Origin: Sedimentisphaerales bacterium
GTDB lineage: Bacteria; Planctomycetota; Phycisphaerae; Sedimentisphaerales; SM23-30
Reading direction: 5' to 3' (one strand)
DNA: 64,000 nucleotides
Assembly: GCA_963666285.1 (NCBI GenBank)
Contig: OY762711.1
The notes under the pieces are model-generated. The model was not told the origin of the DNA. It ran no database searches and saw nothing but the letters and a program-made list of their open reading frames with translations. A program made the position numbers and the translations under genes. Positions 50,445 through 61,314 of the stretch are shown piece after piece; position 1 is the stretch's first letter, and the number at the start of each line of letters is the position of its first letter.

Positions 50445-51221
50445 TTATATAATATAATCGTCTGCATTTCCAATATCGCCGGTCACAAAACTTTGAACAA
50501 CCGGGTTGTGGCTTTCTTTTATTAGGCTGCTATCACCATCAGCGATAATATCACCTTTATCCAGCATTATTATCCGATCTGCTATTGTATAAGCACTTTT
50601 CATATCATGCGTAACCACAATAGAAGTAATATTCAGATGCTCCTGCATCCTGGCAATTAGTTTACTAATAGCATCTGTCCTTAAAGGATCAAGCCCAGTA
50701 GTCGGTTCATCGTAAAAAACTACCTCCGGTTCCAGGGAGATAGCCCGGGCTAAGGCAATTCGTTTCTGTTGGCCGCCAGAGAGTTGAGAAGGATAACGAT
50801 CCATTGTGTCGGCCAAACCAACAAGCTCAAGCTTTTCCTTGACTATTTTCATTATCTCCGTCTCAGATTTATTTGTATGCATATACAAAGGAAATGCTAC
50901 ATTATACGCTACAGACTGAGAATCAAATAAAGCGCCAGATTGAAACAAAAAACCGGTTCGTTTACGAATATCAATCAGTTTACTTTCGCTAAGATTATCA
51001 ATTCGCTCACCGTTAAACAACACTTCCCCAGAGTTCGGCCGCATCAGCGTAGTCATAATCTTAAGTGTGACAGTTTTACCGCAGCCGCTCGGACCAATAA
51101 TTACAGTGGATTTACCTCGCTCAATGTCCAGGTTAAAATCTTTTAAGATATAGTTTCGCCTATCGAAAGATTTACTAATACCTTTTAATTCAAATATTGG
51201 ATTGTCTATTTTTCTTGCCAT
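50445..51221 (-). CDS. mlaF: MlaF-like ABC ATP-binding protein
   Basis: GPSGCGKT, FQSGALFDS..V..NVAFP, LSGGQQKR and YDEPTTGLDP motifs. Confidence 0.88.
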   Translation of the reverse strand: MARKIDNPIFELKGISKSFDRRNYILKDFNLDIERGKSTVIIGPSGCGKTVTLKIMTTLMRPNSGEVLFNGERIDNLSESKLIDIRKRTGFLFQSGALFDSQSVAYNVAFPLYMHTNKSETEIMKIVKEKLELVGLADTMDRYPSQLSGGQQKRIALARAISLEPEVVFYDEPTTGLDPLRTDAISKLIARMQEHLNITSIVVTHDMKSAYTIADRIIMLDKGDIIADGDSSLIKESHNPVVQSFVTGDIGNADDYII

Positions 51222-51243
51222 AAATTACTGAAAACCAACCCTC

Positions 51244-52080
51244 TCAGATTACACTCTTTAATGTCCAGAAGCTGGAATATATAGCTCTGGAAACCAATGC
51301 TATCACAAAATTAATCGCCAAAATTGCAACAAAACTTCTTACAAATGCCTCGGTACATGCTTTGCCAACTCCGCGTGCACCCTGCCCGCAATTAAAGCCA
51401 TTATAACAGCTAATCAGTGCAATAGCAGAACCAAAAAACAGACCTTTTGAAATACCCAAACATACATCCCAGCGTTCAACTATGTCAGCACTGAACCGCC
51501 AGTACGCCTCAGAATTAATTCCATAATGATAAATACTGATAAGCGAACCACCAATTACTCCCATAAGATCGGCATAAATAGTTAACAAAGGAGTAAGCAA
51601 CACACAAGCAATCAAACGAGGCAGCACCAGATAGCAAACCGGATCAGAACCCATAGCACTTATTGCATCAATCTGTTCTGTTACTTTCATTGTTCCCAAT
51701 TCTGCTGTAAGAGCACCACCAACACGCCCGGCAAGCATAAAAGCCGTTAATACCGGGCCAAGCTCATTTACGACAGAACCATTGATCAGCCCACCCATCC
51801 TGTCTGCCAAACCAAGGTTGTGAAGTTGGGAATAACTCTGAACCGCAAGTGTCATCGCAATAAATGCACCTGTTATCATAACAACCGGCAGACTTTTTAT
51901 GCCTATATCGAACATCTGGCGGTTAAGCCTTTGCCAGGTATGCTTAAACCTGCCTTGTCGCTTATGATAAAACAAAGCAAAAAATACTTTTGCGGAAAAT
52001 CTGGAAAAACTTCCCAGATCGATCAAAAAATCTGATATAAGATATCCTATTCTGTCAACTATCATAAATTCCTGGCCCAA
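51244..52080 (-). CDS. mlaE: MlaE-like ABC permease
   Basis: ELGPVLTA..LAGRVG....AELGTMKVTEQIDA, YLV.PR and G.GA.GVG motifs. Confidence 0.92.
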   Translation of the reverse strand: MGQEFMIVDRIGYLISDFLIDLGSFSRFSAKVFFALFYHKRQGRFKHTWQRLNRQMFDIGIKSLPVVMITGAFIAMTLAVQSYSQLHNLGLADRMGGLINGSVVNELGPVLTAFMLAGRVGGALTAELGTMKVTEQIDAISAMGSDPVCYLVLPRLIACVLLTPLLTIYADLMGVIGGSLISIYHYGINSEAYWRFSADIVERWDVCLGISKGLFFGSAIALISCYNGFNCGQGARGVGKACTEAFVRSFVAILAINFVIALVSRAIYSSFWTLKSVI

Positions 52081-52264
52081 TAAATGTCAATATGATCACC
52101 AAAATTAACCTAACTTACTTAAACCACTATTGTTAAATAACTTCCAGTTGGATTAACATAACAAATAATTTTATGTCAACAATTGACTATGTCAAGGATA
52201 TCTTTTACGATATTAGTCTAACACTTTGTCATAAATCACTTTAATAAATGCAGGAAACGATATT

Positions 52265-53101
52265 ATGACCAGAACAAACTTAGCAAAATTAAAGAAAATG
52301 GTACAGCAAGGTAAGAAAATATCCATGCTGACATGCTATGACTACTCCATGGCGGTGCTGCTGCAGCGTGCCGGGGTAGACTCGTTACTGGTGGGCGATT
52401 CGCTGGCACAGGTAGTACTTGGCTACGAAAATACACTGCCGGCTGATATGGAGACCATGCTAACGCTGACAAAGGCGGTACGGCGGGGTGCCGGCAATGT
52501 GTTCCTGATGGGCGATATGCCGTTTATGAGTTATCACAGCTCGATAGAACAGGCTGTTTTGAATGCCGGAAGATTTATGGCCGAAGCAGGCTGTGATGCC
52601 GTAAAGCTAGAAGTCAGCAGTAAATACGTCAAGACCGTTGAGCGTATTGCCGATGCCGGGATACCGGTTTTTGCCCATCTTGGCTTCAAGCCACAGACGA
52701 TTGCATGTGTTGATAAAATAGTTGAAACGCGAGAAATGGCACCAGCGCTGAAGCTAATTGACGACTGCCGGACCATGATCGAAGCAGGCGCGGCGGGGTT
52801 GCTGCTGGAGTGCGTCGCAGCGGAGGTGGCAAAGGAAATAGCGGCGGCCAGCGACGTGCCAGTGATAAGCTGCGGAAGCGGACCGCACTGTCACGGACAG
52901 GTATTGGTAATGCACGAAGCGTTGGGGCTGCCCGGTGCAATCGGCCCGGTGTTTGCAAAACGGTTCGGCGAGATAGGTGAAGCAATCGAAGAAGCAGCAA
53001 AGAGGTACGCCCAGGAAGTAAGTGAGGGAACATTCCCAACCGATGAAACCTGTTATCATATGCAGCCTAAAAAAGTTGAACAGTTCAGAAAACTGTTATA
53101 A
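52265..53101 (+). CDS. panB: 3-methyl-2-oxobutanoate hydroxymethyltransferase
   Basis: MLTCYD, LLVGDSL, DMPFMSY, AVKLE, HLG..PQ and GQVLV motifs. Confidence 0.95.
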   Translation: MTRTNLAKLKKMVQQGKKISMLTCYDYSMAVLLQRAGVDSLLVGDSLAQVVLGYENTLPADMETMLTLTKAVRRGAGNVFLMGDMPFMSYHSSIEQAVLNAGRFMAEAGCDAVKLEVSSKYVKTVERIADAGIPVFAHLGFKPQTIACVDKIVETREMAPALKLIDDCRTMIEAGAAGLLLECVAAEVAKEIAAASDVPVISCGSGPHCHGQVLVMHEALGLPGAIGPVFAKRFGEIGEAIEEAAKRYAQEVSEGTFPTDETCYHMQPKKVEQFRKLL

Positions 53102-53218
53102 TTTTCGTCCCCAAATCAGTAAACTTTCATAATTAATATATTGAGAGTGAAAATATAAAAAAGTATTGTTATACCTCGTGTCCCATTGAAAAAAAAGAGA
53201 AAGGACTGTTGTAGTAAG

Positions 53219-54844
53219 ATGCATATCAAAAAAGTCTTATCACTATTGTTTCTGGTCGCAACCTTTACCTGTTCCGGTGCAAACGCATCAGATAAACCTA
53301 ATGTAATCATCATCCTGGCAGATGATATGGGTTTCTCTGATATCGGCTGCTACGGCGGCGAAATAGAAACACCGAATATCGATGCGCTAGCGGCAGGCGG
53401 CATTAAATTCACACAGTTCTATAATACAGCCCGATGCTGCCCTACCCGGGCATCTCTAATGACCGGTCTGCACCCGGCAGAAACCGGCATCGGACATATG
53501 ACCTGTGCCCCGGGCGAAGTTAAATTATATAAGGAGCCCTGCCCGGCATACCAGGGCTATTTGAATAAGAACTGTGTAACAATCGCCGAGGCATTAAAAG
53601 GCAGCGGTTATACAACTTTAATGACAGGTAAATGGCACCTTGGCTTTAACGATAAAGGTCGATGGCCATTACATCGCGGTTTTGACAAATATTTTGGCTG
53701 CGTCGCAGGAGCAACGAACTTTTTTTATCCAGAATATCCTCGCGGCATGATGTATGGTAATACCGATATCATCAAAGATCCTCAAAGCACTACCGACAGG
53801 CGATTCTATACCACAGATGCATTCACCGATTATGCGATAAGATTCATAAAGGAAGAAAAGTCCGAGAAGGACCGGCCATTTTTCCTGTACCTGGCGTTTA
53901 CTTCACCACACTGGCCGCTACAAGCTCACCAGGAAGAAGTAGCCAAGTATAAGGGCAAATATATGATGGGCTGGAACAAACTACGTGAACAGAGATACAA
54001 AAAGCAGATTGAGCTTGGGCTGATCGACCCGAAATGGAAACTAAGCGAGCAGGACGGTCCCGACTGGGATGAGATGGACGAGAACAAGAAAAAAGATATG
54101 GACCTGCGTATGGCAAATTTTGCTGCGATGGTTGACAGGATGGACCAGAATATCGGTAAGCTGGTAAGCTACCTGAAAGAAGCAGGCGAATATGAAAATA
54201 CACTAATACTATTTTTATCTGATAACGGCGGCTGCGCGGAAGGCGGGGAACTGGCCGGAAATACCGACCCGTTTGACCTTGACAAATGGGAGCACACCTA
54301 CGGTGCCGGCCCATCGTACGGTAAAGTATGGGCGAATGCCTCTAATACCCCGTTTTTGAAATACAAGCACTTCACTCATGAAGGAGGAATATCAACCCCG
54401 CTGATCGCACACTGGCCGAAAATGGTTACCAAAGCCGGTGCCTGGTATCGTGAACCGGCATACCTGATCGACCTTATGCCTACAGTGCTGGATGCGACCA
54501 ACTGGAATTATCCAACAGAATATAACGGTAATAAGATTTCACCGGCTGAAGGTGTGTCGCTGCTGCCATCACTGGGCGGCAAGAGCCTGAATCGCGGTAA
54601 GCCGATGTTCTGGGAACATGAGAACAATGCCGCCATGCTGGAAGGTGACTGGAAACTGGTAGGAACCAATGTTGCCAGGCCGAAAGGGCCGGACGCAACC
54701 AAATGGGAACTGTATAACCTGAAGGATGACCGTACCGAGCAGAATAACCTGGCGGCAAAAAAACCTAAGAAAGTTAAACAAATGGCTACCCAATGGTACG
54801 AATGGGCAAAACGTACGAAGGTATACCCAAAACCCAGGCATTAG
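53219..54844 (+). CDS. Secreted arylsulfatase (formylglycine-dependent)
   Basis: PNVIIILADD, CCPTRASL.TG, GKWHLG, SDNG and EGGI.TP motifs. Confidence 0.93.
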   Translation: MHIKKVLSLLFLVATFTCSGANASDKPNVIIILADDMGFSDIGCYGGEIETPNIDALAAGGIKFTQFYNTARCCPTRASLMTGLHPAETGIGHMTCAPGEVKLYKEPCPAYQGYLNKNCVTIAEALKGSGYTTLMTGKWHLGFNDKGRWPLHRGFDKYFGCVAGATNFFYPEYPRGMMYGNTDIIKDPQSTTDRRFYTTDAFTDYAIRFIKEEKSEKDRPFFLYLAFTSPHWPLQAHQEEVAKYKGKYMMGWNKLREQRYKKQIELGLIDPKWKLSEQDGPDWDEMDENKKKDMDLRMANFAAMVDRMDQNIGKLVSYLKEAGEYENTLILFLSDNGGCAEGGELAGNTDPFDLDKWEHTYGAGPSYGKVWANASNTPFLKYKHFTHEGGISTPLIAHWPKMVTKAGAWYREPAYLIDLMPTVLDATNWNYPTEYNGNKISPAEGVSLLPSLGGKSLNRGKPMFWEHENNAAMLEGDWKLVGTNVARPKGPDATKWELYNLKDDRTEQNNLAAKKPKKVKQMATQWYEWAKRTKVYPKPRH

Positions 54845-55006
54845 GACATTTCAAAAGATTGTCTCAAGCAGACAGACAGCCAGTTTACTAAACATATGAA
54901 AAAGAAAGCTGCAAAGTAGCTGGCTTCAACTTACCAGAAAATCTTGTAACGTGTTTTTGGCCATACAAAGATCTTTGAGTAAGGAAAAATCAACGATATT
55001 GTCACA

Positions 55007-58000
55007 TTATCTTGATTCAAGCCATTGAGCCGTAAGAGCTTGCAGGTCATTAATGTCTACATAGCCATCATTAGTAAGGTCAGCTCCGCAAATTGATTCC
55101 TTACAATCTGAACTATGCCATTGATAAGCTATTCCGGCGAAATCCGTAAGCCCCTGGTCCCCATAATACATATTTATAACTTCGATTTGCAGGGTTCCGG
55201 TAGCAGAATCTCCAGCGGAATCTATAATCTCAATCATAAACTGATTCATACCAATATCACTTGTTTCAGGGATACCTGTCGCGGTTCCATCATCGGTTAA
55301 ATTCAGCCAGGCAGAACCTGCCAACTTGGTAAAAGTAATAGTGTCATCAACATCGGGATCGGTTACACAATCCATAAGTTCGACTGAATAGCTTTTACCT
55401 TCTGCGGCATTGGCCTCAACTATTGGATTGCTGTTAAATTGTGGCGGAGTGTTGTCTTTTATCAATTCGAAGCCTGCAATATAACAATAATTTCTATTAT
55501 TTTTTTCCTGGACTACAAATTCATAAGTTTTGTCTGAACTTAGCGATACTTTCGCACTTCTTGGCAAAACATTTTTGCCATCAGTGGCAAATATAAGCAA
55601 CGAGGAACTGCTGCCTTGCTCCTGCAGCCACGCTGCTTCTGGAACACTATAAATATCATTTATCCACTGGTAGGACTTAAGGGTATAATCACCGTCCTGT
55701 ATATTGCTGAATGTCAATGTTATTTTTGCTCTGTCGGCAGAGGCCCTGACATAATCGTACAACAGGTCGCCATTTTCGCCATTAGTTTGTGTTGAAACAG
55801 AATCGGTATCAGCTGTAAGGGTAAAGTTAGCCCAGTTGACAGCAGTAGTTTCACCGAAAACCACTCTGGAAAATCCTGTTTCAACAGCAGTGGATTGCAT
55901 ACCAAAATCAAGCCTGTAACTGCTGCTAACATTGCCTGAGGCAAAATTCCAGGTTTGTCCAGGTATAACTTCTGTATCGCGAATCTCATCTATACGCCAA
56001 TAGTAATTATTACCAGGTATTAATGTCACCTCGTAGCTGTTAATACTTGTGCGGCCTTTATATTCCGGTGAATTATGATCGGCAGAATCTACGGCTTCAT
56101 AATTTTGGCCAAAATAAACGTCAAAATCATATATTGACGGCTTACCAGGCATCCAGTTTAAGTTATACTTAGATGATTCAACTTCGGAACTACTCTCAGG
56201 GTCAGGGGCTCCGGCGGGAATGTCCGGGCAGTTTGCGTACAGGTCGGCAATCTCCGTTGAGTCTAATACTTTATGATATATCCTGACATCATCAACAATA
56301 ACAGGAGAATCAGTTCCCTGGTCCTGCTGACTTTGGCTATCGAAAATAACGAGTGGGAAATGGCAGCTTATCATACCATCAGGTACGATTGAGGTCAAAG
56401 TTGAGTTATTAACTTCGGTATTATTAACCCATGCACGAATAACTTTGCTGCTACGGTCAATCACCATAACCAGATGATACCAGGTATCTGCGATGATATT
56501 CGCAGAGGATTCGCGATCGAATTTTTCACTGTTTTGCCATAAATCTCTTTGAAGGTTGCCGGCAAAACGAAATCCTCCTGACCCGAGATGCCCGATACAC
56601 CACCCCCCGCGAGGGCTGCCGAAGCGACCTGGAATTACAGCTCCGCCTTTACAAATCACTACCCCGTCAGCAGAAGGAACCTGCGGATATTTCACCCATA
56701 ACGAAACAGACAGATCTCCATCCATGGGATCACCTGTCATTGAAAAATCTGCACTGGCAGCGCTGCCGTCATCGACAGTATTTTCAAGGGCATAGCCTAT
56801 TTTACCCGTTGTTGAATTGTCAAAGGAAAGACCATCCGTAAGACTGCCATGTGCCTGGAACGGTCCTACATCATGTACGATAGAACCTTGAGTTTCATCA
56901 AAAAGAATATGAGTAGCAACATTTTCATTTTTTACATACACTTTTGCATATCCATTACGGTTGGTTAATCCGGTACTGTCGCTAACATAGTAGACAAACT
57001 CATCTACTCCGACAAACCCTGAGGCCGGAATGTAACGAACAGTACCACCGTTTACTATTTCCACCTTACCGCCATTCCTTGTTGTTTGCTGAACATATTC
57101 CAGGTTGATAGAATCTCCGTTACCATCGTAGTCATTTTCCAGCAGGTTAAAAGATACCGGCTGATCCTGATTGGTGACCGCACCGTCTTCCATGACATAA
57201 GGGCATAAAGGGGCTCCATAGATTATTGCAGGTGCTGCGGTTTCCAGAGCAACATTACTGTGGTCGATCATGCGTTGTACAGTACCGGTACCCAACGCAG
57301 AGTTAGAGCCACTCATTGTGTCGTCCCAGCTTGAATAGTGGCCAGCGCCAAACCCGTGCGCTACTTCATGGCCTAAAGATTTTGAATATTGATCTGTGCT
57401 GCCGACAGTGCAGGTATGCTGATGAAATTTGTCGTCGGCATCAAATACAATACCGGATGAACCGCCACCGCCAGAAGCTTTGAATTTTATTTTTGTATTT
57501 ACATATGCAGACTCTGAACTATACCACCATGCTGTCCAACTGTATGGTTCGCCGCCAACCCTGACCACACATTCCTGTATCTGCCAGGCCATTCCCATAT
57601 CGCGGGCATAAAAATGATCGCTGTCATTTATACGCTGTTCGGCACGAGCGACCGCTGCTTCGATGCTACCAAGGGCCAAATAATAGTCATTGGCAATATC
57701 CATACCAGCATGCATCTGACGCATGGTGTACCTGGGAATAATATATCCATGCTCAGTTGGCGAAGTTCGATCAACCTGTCGTGGAATTATAATATTGCCG
57801 GATCCTGGATCAGCTGTACCGGAAATGCCGGAAATACTAACGGCTTCACTTAGTCTTACAATAGCATCACGTCCATCGTTAAAGTTTGCCTGCAGGGTAT
57901 TGTCCGGCTCGATAGAAGCATTAACCTGAATGTCTGGGTCTTCCTCAACATAGCCGCGATAAGTACGAACTTCAGGAGCCGTAATTTGAGTGTAGCCGGC

Positions 58001-58261
58001 TACAGGATCCCAGGTGTAAATCTTATAATCAGGCGACCTTAAAGAACGTTTGGTTAAAATCAGATGATCCGCCAATCCATCACCAGTTATATCAGATATT
58101 TCCAGCGTTAGATTATCAGGCAAAACTGCATAACAGATAAGTTGAAAAGATAGAATTAGAAAAAATGTTAATTGAAACAGAGAGCCGCACCGGTTTGTGC
58201 TTATACTGATTTTGAATATTCTTTTTAAAACAGACGTACTTAACATATCATATCCTGACAT
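55007..58261 (-). CDS. Large secreted multidomain protein: metzincin-like peptidase, Ig/cadherin-like, LamG, CBM-like and dockerin-like domains
   Basis: HEVAHGFGAGH (HExxHxxGxxH), LLENDYD..GD and F.G.DEF.Y.V.D, WYHLVMV and IVDDVRIY, ADLTNDGYVDINDL. The exact start is uncertain. Confidence 0.8.
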   Translation of the reverse strand: MSGYDMLSTSVLKRIFKISISTNRCGSLFQLTFFLILSFQLICYAVLPDNLTLEISDITGDGLADHLILTKRSLRSPDYKIYTWDPVAGYTQITAPEVRTYRGYVEEDPDIQVNASIEPDNTLQANFNDGRDAIVRLSEAVSISGISGTADPGSGNIIIPRQVDRTSPTEHGYIIPRYTMRQMHAGMDIANDYYLALGSIEAAVARAEQRINDSDHFYARDMGMAWQIQECVVRVGGEPYSWTAWWYSSESAYVNTKIKFKASGGGGSSGIVFDADDKFHQHTCTVGSTDQYSKSLGHEVAHGFGAGHYSSWDDTMSGSNSALGTGTVQRMIDHSNVALETAAPAIIYGAPLCPYVMEDGAVTNQDQPVSFNLLENDYDGNGDSINLEYVQQTTRNGGKVEIVNGGTVRYIPASGFVGVDEFVYYVSDSTGLTNRNGYAKVYVKNENVATHILFDETQGSIVHDVGPFQAHGSLTDGLSFDNSTTGKIGYALENTVDDGSAASADFSMTGDPMDGDLSVSLWVKYPQVPSADGVVICKGGAVIPGRFGSPRGGWCIGHLGSGGFRFAGNLQRDLWQNSEKFDRESSANIIADTWYHLVMVIDRSSKVIRAWVNNTEVNNSTLTSIVPDGMISCHFPLVIFDSQSQQDQGTDSPVIVDDVRIYHKVLDSTEIADLYANCPDIPAGAPDPESSSEVESSKYNLNWMPGKPSIYDFDVYFGQNYEAVDSADHNSPEYKGRTSINSYEVTLIPGNNYYWRIDEIRDTEVIPGQTWNFASGNVSSSYRLDFGMQSTAVETGFSRVVFGETTAVNWANFTLTADTDSVSTQTNGENGDLLYDYVRASADRAKITLTFSNIQDGDYTLKSYQWINDIYSVPEAAWLQEQGSSSSLLIFATDGKNVLPRSAKVSLSSDKTYEFVVQEKNNRNYCYIAGFELIKDNTPPQFNSNPIVEANAAEGKSYSVELMDCVTDPDVDDTITFTKLAGSAWLNLTDDGTATGIPETSDIGMNQFMIEIIDSAGDSATGTLQIEVINMYYGDQGLTDFAGIAYQWHSSDCKESICGADLTNDGYVDINDLQALTAQWLESR

Positions 58262-58313
58262 TTTTCTTTCATAGCGGTAGGTTTTATTAGTGAAGCGTGA
58301 GAAACCATAAAAA

Positions 58314-58354
58314 GAATCCCGGCTAACTTTTAGTTAAAACCGGGATTCATTTTT
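58314..58354. terminator. Terminator-like hairpin between the two secreted-protein genes
   Basis: GAATCCCGG...CCGGGATTC flanked by A and T tracts. Confidence 0.6.
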
Positions 58355-58374
58355 ACATTATTGTATTCAAATAT

Positions 58375-60372
58375 TTAGTTTCTTGGGTCCGGCAAACAGT
58401 TTGGCACTTCGCGGCAGTTCAGCCAGTTAGATACCATGATCTGAGTAAAGTCAAACAGATCGACTATACAGTCCGGATTGCCGTCAGGACCGGTAACGTC
58501 AAATTCCAGAGTTTCACGATCCAGGCAAAGTGTAGTGTTGGCAAAGTCGTTGTATTCATAAGCAACAGCCACCTTATCTAGCGGATAGCTCCATATCTTG
58601 ACATCATCTATTATTGCATTGAACGGCCAGTAGAGACTTGGGTTAGTATCTGGCTCAGTTGCCGGAATAACATCCTGAATACCAAGAAGCAATGGCGAAG
58701 AATTCTCCAGAGGATTACCAGAAACTTCTTTCTGGCCGGTTACAAGCCCGTCAACATAAACTGTTAACAAACCGGCATCCGGATCGAAGGTTGCGGTTAT
58801 CATATGCCACAGACCGTCTCTAATAGATGTCCCGGAAGGAGAGTATATACCTCCTGCTTCACGCATGACAATACCACCTGTAGAATATTGCTGATAAAGA
58901 GCAAAACCCTGTTGAACATCTCCTGTTCTGTCATTTTTACCGAGAATACCACAATAATCATTATTAGTTGTATTTACCCAGGCACTAACAGTAAAGCCAA
59001 GCGGATAGAAGTTGAATGCTTCGACACTATCTTCCACTTCCACGTAAAAATCATTGGAAAGTGATAAAGCCTGACCATGATCAAAAATACCCGGCACATA
59101 ATCCTCTACCGGTGTTCCGGTATTAAGTACATTCGGGTCAATAAGAGTACCTGTAAAGTTGTCAACGTTATCAACCAGATCTCCATCGAAGTCCCAGTGA
59201 GCAACGAGCCTCTTGATCATCAACCGAGCAACTTCTGAAGTATCATTACCTGCACCATTGGAAGCAACAGCATAATATTTTCCTTCATCAGCTTGTGAAG
59301 CTTCAGGAATAGTAAAGCTCAATCCTATACCGACTTCTGTGTCATTAACACCATCAACATACTTATACCAGGTTACACTATCGATATTTTCACCTGCTAA
59401 TGTAAATACAGCATCAGCACCAGGCCCAACAAGCTGACCGACAGGTTCTTCGGTAATAGCCGGAGTAGCAGGCGTTGTAGTAAATGACCAGACAAAACCA
59501 TCTATATTATTAACATCTCCCGGAGGATAAACACCACCCTGGCCGTCATCTACACCTTGTTCAACTTTCCAGCTATACTGGGTATTGTATGCCAGAGATA
59601 CAGGCCCGTAAGAAGCTGTATCAGCAGACGCATCAATTTCACTGATATAATATAGATTAGGATCATCTACTCCATTGGTGAATGTGCCGTAGAGATAATA
59701 TTTTACGACATCTGCATTCGGCAGATCGTTTTCGTCTAAACCTTTTGTCCAACTGAGCATTGGAGTAGTTGAAACGAACAATTCTTTATTTGCTGGATTT
59801 GGATAGTGTGCCTGCAGAACGGTTTCGATAAGTTCAAAACCTGCAATGTAGGCATAGTTTCTGCTACTTTGTTCTGTAATAACAAATTCATATGTTGTTC
59901 CGGCATCGAGCATGACAACATATTCGTAAGGATCAACATTTTTGCTTTGTTTTCCAAAATCAATTAAAACATCCCCACCCTGCTCCTGCAAAACTGAATT
60001 TTCAGGGACGCCATACATATCACCTAACCATTGATGGAACCTAACCGTATAGATACTGCTTTTAACACCGGTGAAGGTAAGAGCTACCTGGCAGCCGCTG
60101 CCACTGGACCTGGCACAATCATAAAGCAGATCGTAATTTGAATTACCATCTATTAGACTATCGTAGTCTCCATTTGTCTGTATGGAATTAGTACCGGTTC
60201 CTGTTAAAGTAAACTCAGCACCATCAATTGCAACAGAACTGTCAAACTGAATAGAAGTGAAACCGGCTTGCACGGCACCTTCAGTATCACCAAAGTCCAA
60301 CTGATAATCTTGCCCGGCAAAAAGCGAGTGTGTTAAAAAAGCAACAATTAGAACTGCAACCAGATTTTTCAT
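58375..60372 (-). CDS. Secreted multidomain protein (CBM-like, FN3-like, Ig, LamG, dockerin-like)
   Basis: Signal peptide, VWSFTT, DEGKYYAVASN.AG, LVAHWDFDG, WHMITAT, IDDVKIW and DCIVDLFDF; GGAGG ribosome-binding site. Confidence 0.85.
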   Translation of the reverse strand: MKNLVAVLIVAFLTHSLFAGQDYQLDFGDTEGAVQAGFTSIQFDSSVAIDGAEFTLTGTGTNSIQTNGDYDSLIDGNSNYDLLYDCARSSGSGCQVALTFTGVKSSIYTVRFHQWLGDMYGVPENSVLQEQGGDVLIDFGKQSKNVDPYEYVVMLDAGTTYEFVITEQSSRNYAYIAGFELIETVLQAHYPNPANKELFVSTTPMLSWTKGLDENDLPNADVVKYYLYGTFTNGVDDPNLYYISEIDASADTASYGPVSLAYNTQYSWKVEQGVDDGQGGVYPPGDVNNIDGFVWSFTTTPATPAITEEPVGQLVGPGADAVFTLAGENIDSVTWYKYVDGVNDTEVGIGLSFTIPEASQADEGKYYAVASNGAGNDTSEVARLMIKRLVAHWDFDGDLVDNVDNFTGTLIDPNVLNTGTPVEDYVPGIFDHGQALSLSNDFYVEVEDSVEAFNFYPLGFTVSAWVNTTNNDYCGILGKNDRTGDVQQGFALYQQYSTGGIVMREAGGIYSPSGTSIRDGLWHMITATFDPDAGLLTVYVDGLVTGQKEVSGNPLENSSPLLLGIQDVIPATEPDTNPSLYWPFNAIIDDVKIWSYPLDKVAVAYEYNDFANTTLCLDRETLEFDVTGPDGNPDCIVDLFDFTQIMVSNWLNCREVPNCLPDPRN

Positions 60373-60529
60373 AGAAATTCCTCCATTTTTTACCCCTGTA
60401 TGAAATTCACATTATCCTGCCCAACAGGGAACGACAAAATAACTAACTTATAGTTTCATTATCCATATAATAGTGTATTATAAATAATTGTCATTTATTC
60501 ACAAAACAATGTTTAGCCAATTACCTGAA

Positions 60530-60571
60530 AACGTTACATATGTCCATTATAACGTTACATATATCTATTAT
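60530..60571. promoter_or_regulatory. Tandem 21-bp direct repeat, putative operator
   Basis: AACGTTACATATGTCCATTAT / AACGTTACATATATCTATTAT, 2 mismatches. Confidence 0.55.
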
Positions 60572-61314
60572 TAATAAAAACCAAATGGCACTATAATAAT
60601 GATTGTGAAAAAAATGTAAGATAATTTTAATAAGATGAATCCATATTAAAAAGTAGCTGAAGCTCGACTGGGAAAGTAGGCATTTATCTCAATAGCAAAA
60701 AATGCACATCGAGAAACAGATAGTTTTTGATGTCCAAAGAAAAAAGATAAATAATATAAAATGAGATATTACCGGTATTCATTATGTAAAATCGCCAGGT
60801 AGACCAATAGAAATGATATTCAACAAATTAGAATAAAAATTCAATCAAATCATATCACCAACTAAGCCTAATCATTATAAACTCTTTATACTAAAAGACT
60901 TAAATAAACAAGAGCGATAAACTTGCATAAACCTGACGATTTGAGCATCCCAAATATACAATATTGCATAGATTTCTAAACAAGGGGTTGTAGAGACCTA
61001 GCAAATCAGCTATAATATATCCAAATAATTAAGAATTTCTTAAAAAAGTTAGTTTTCTACTGTGATCGCCGGAATAAAGTCGATAATACAGATGCAATAT
61101 TGAAAAGAGATAGTAAAGCGTTTTCCTGCCGAATTCACGCATTAAATACAAAATACCAGCTGGGATACTATCCTGATGTTTTGTATCAGCAACATAACAA
61201 ATTAATAAAAAGTATTGTACTTCCTCAAGTTTTCTTAAGATTCTTTTAACAAGCAGTCTTGCTTTATGTATTTATTAATTGAGCAGACCGCATAGGACAA
61301 AAAGGAAAAAAGCA

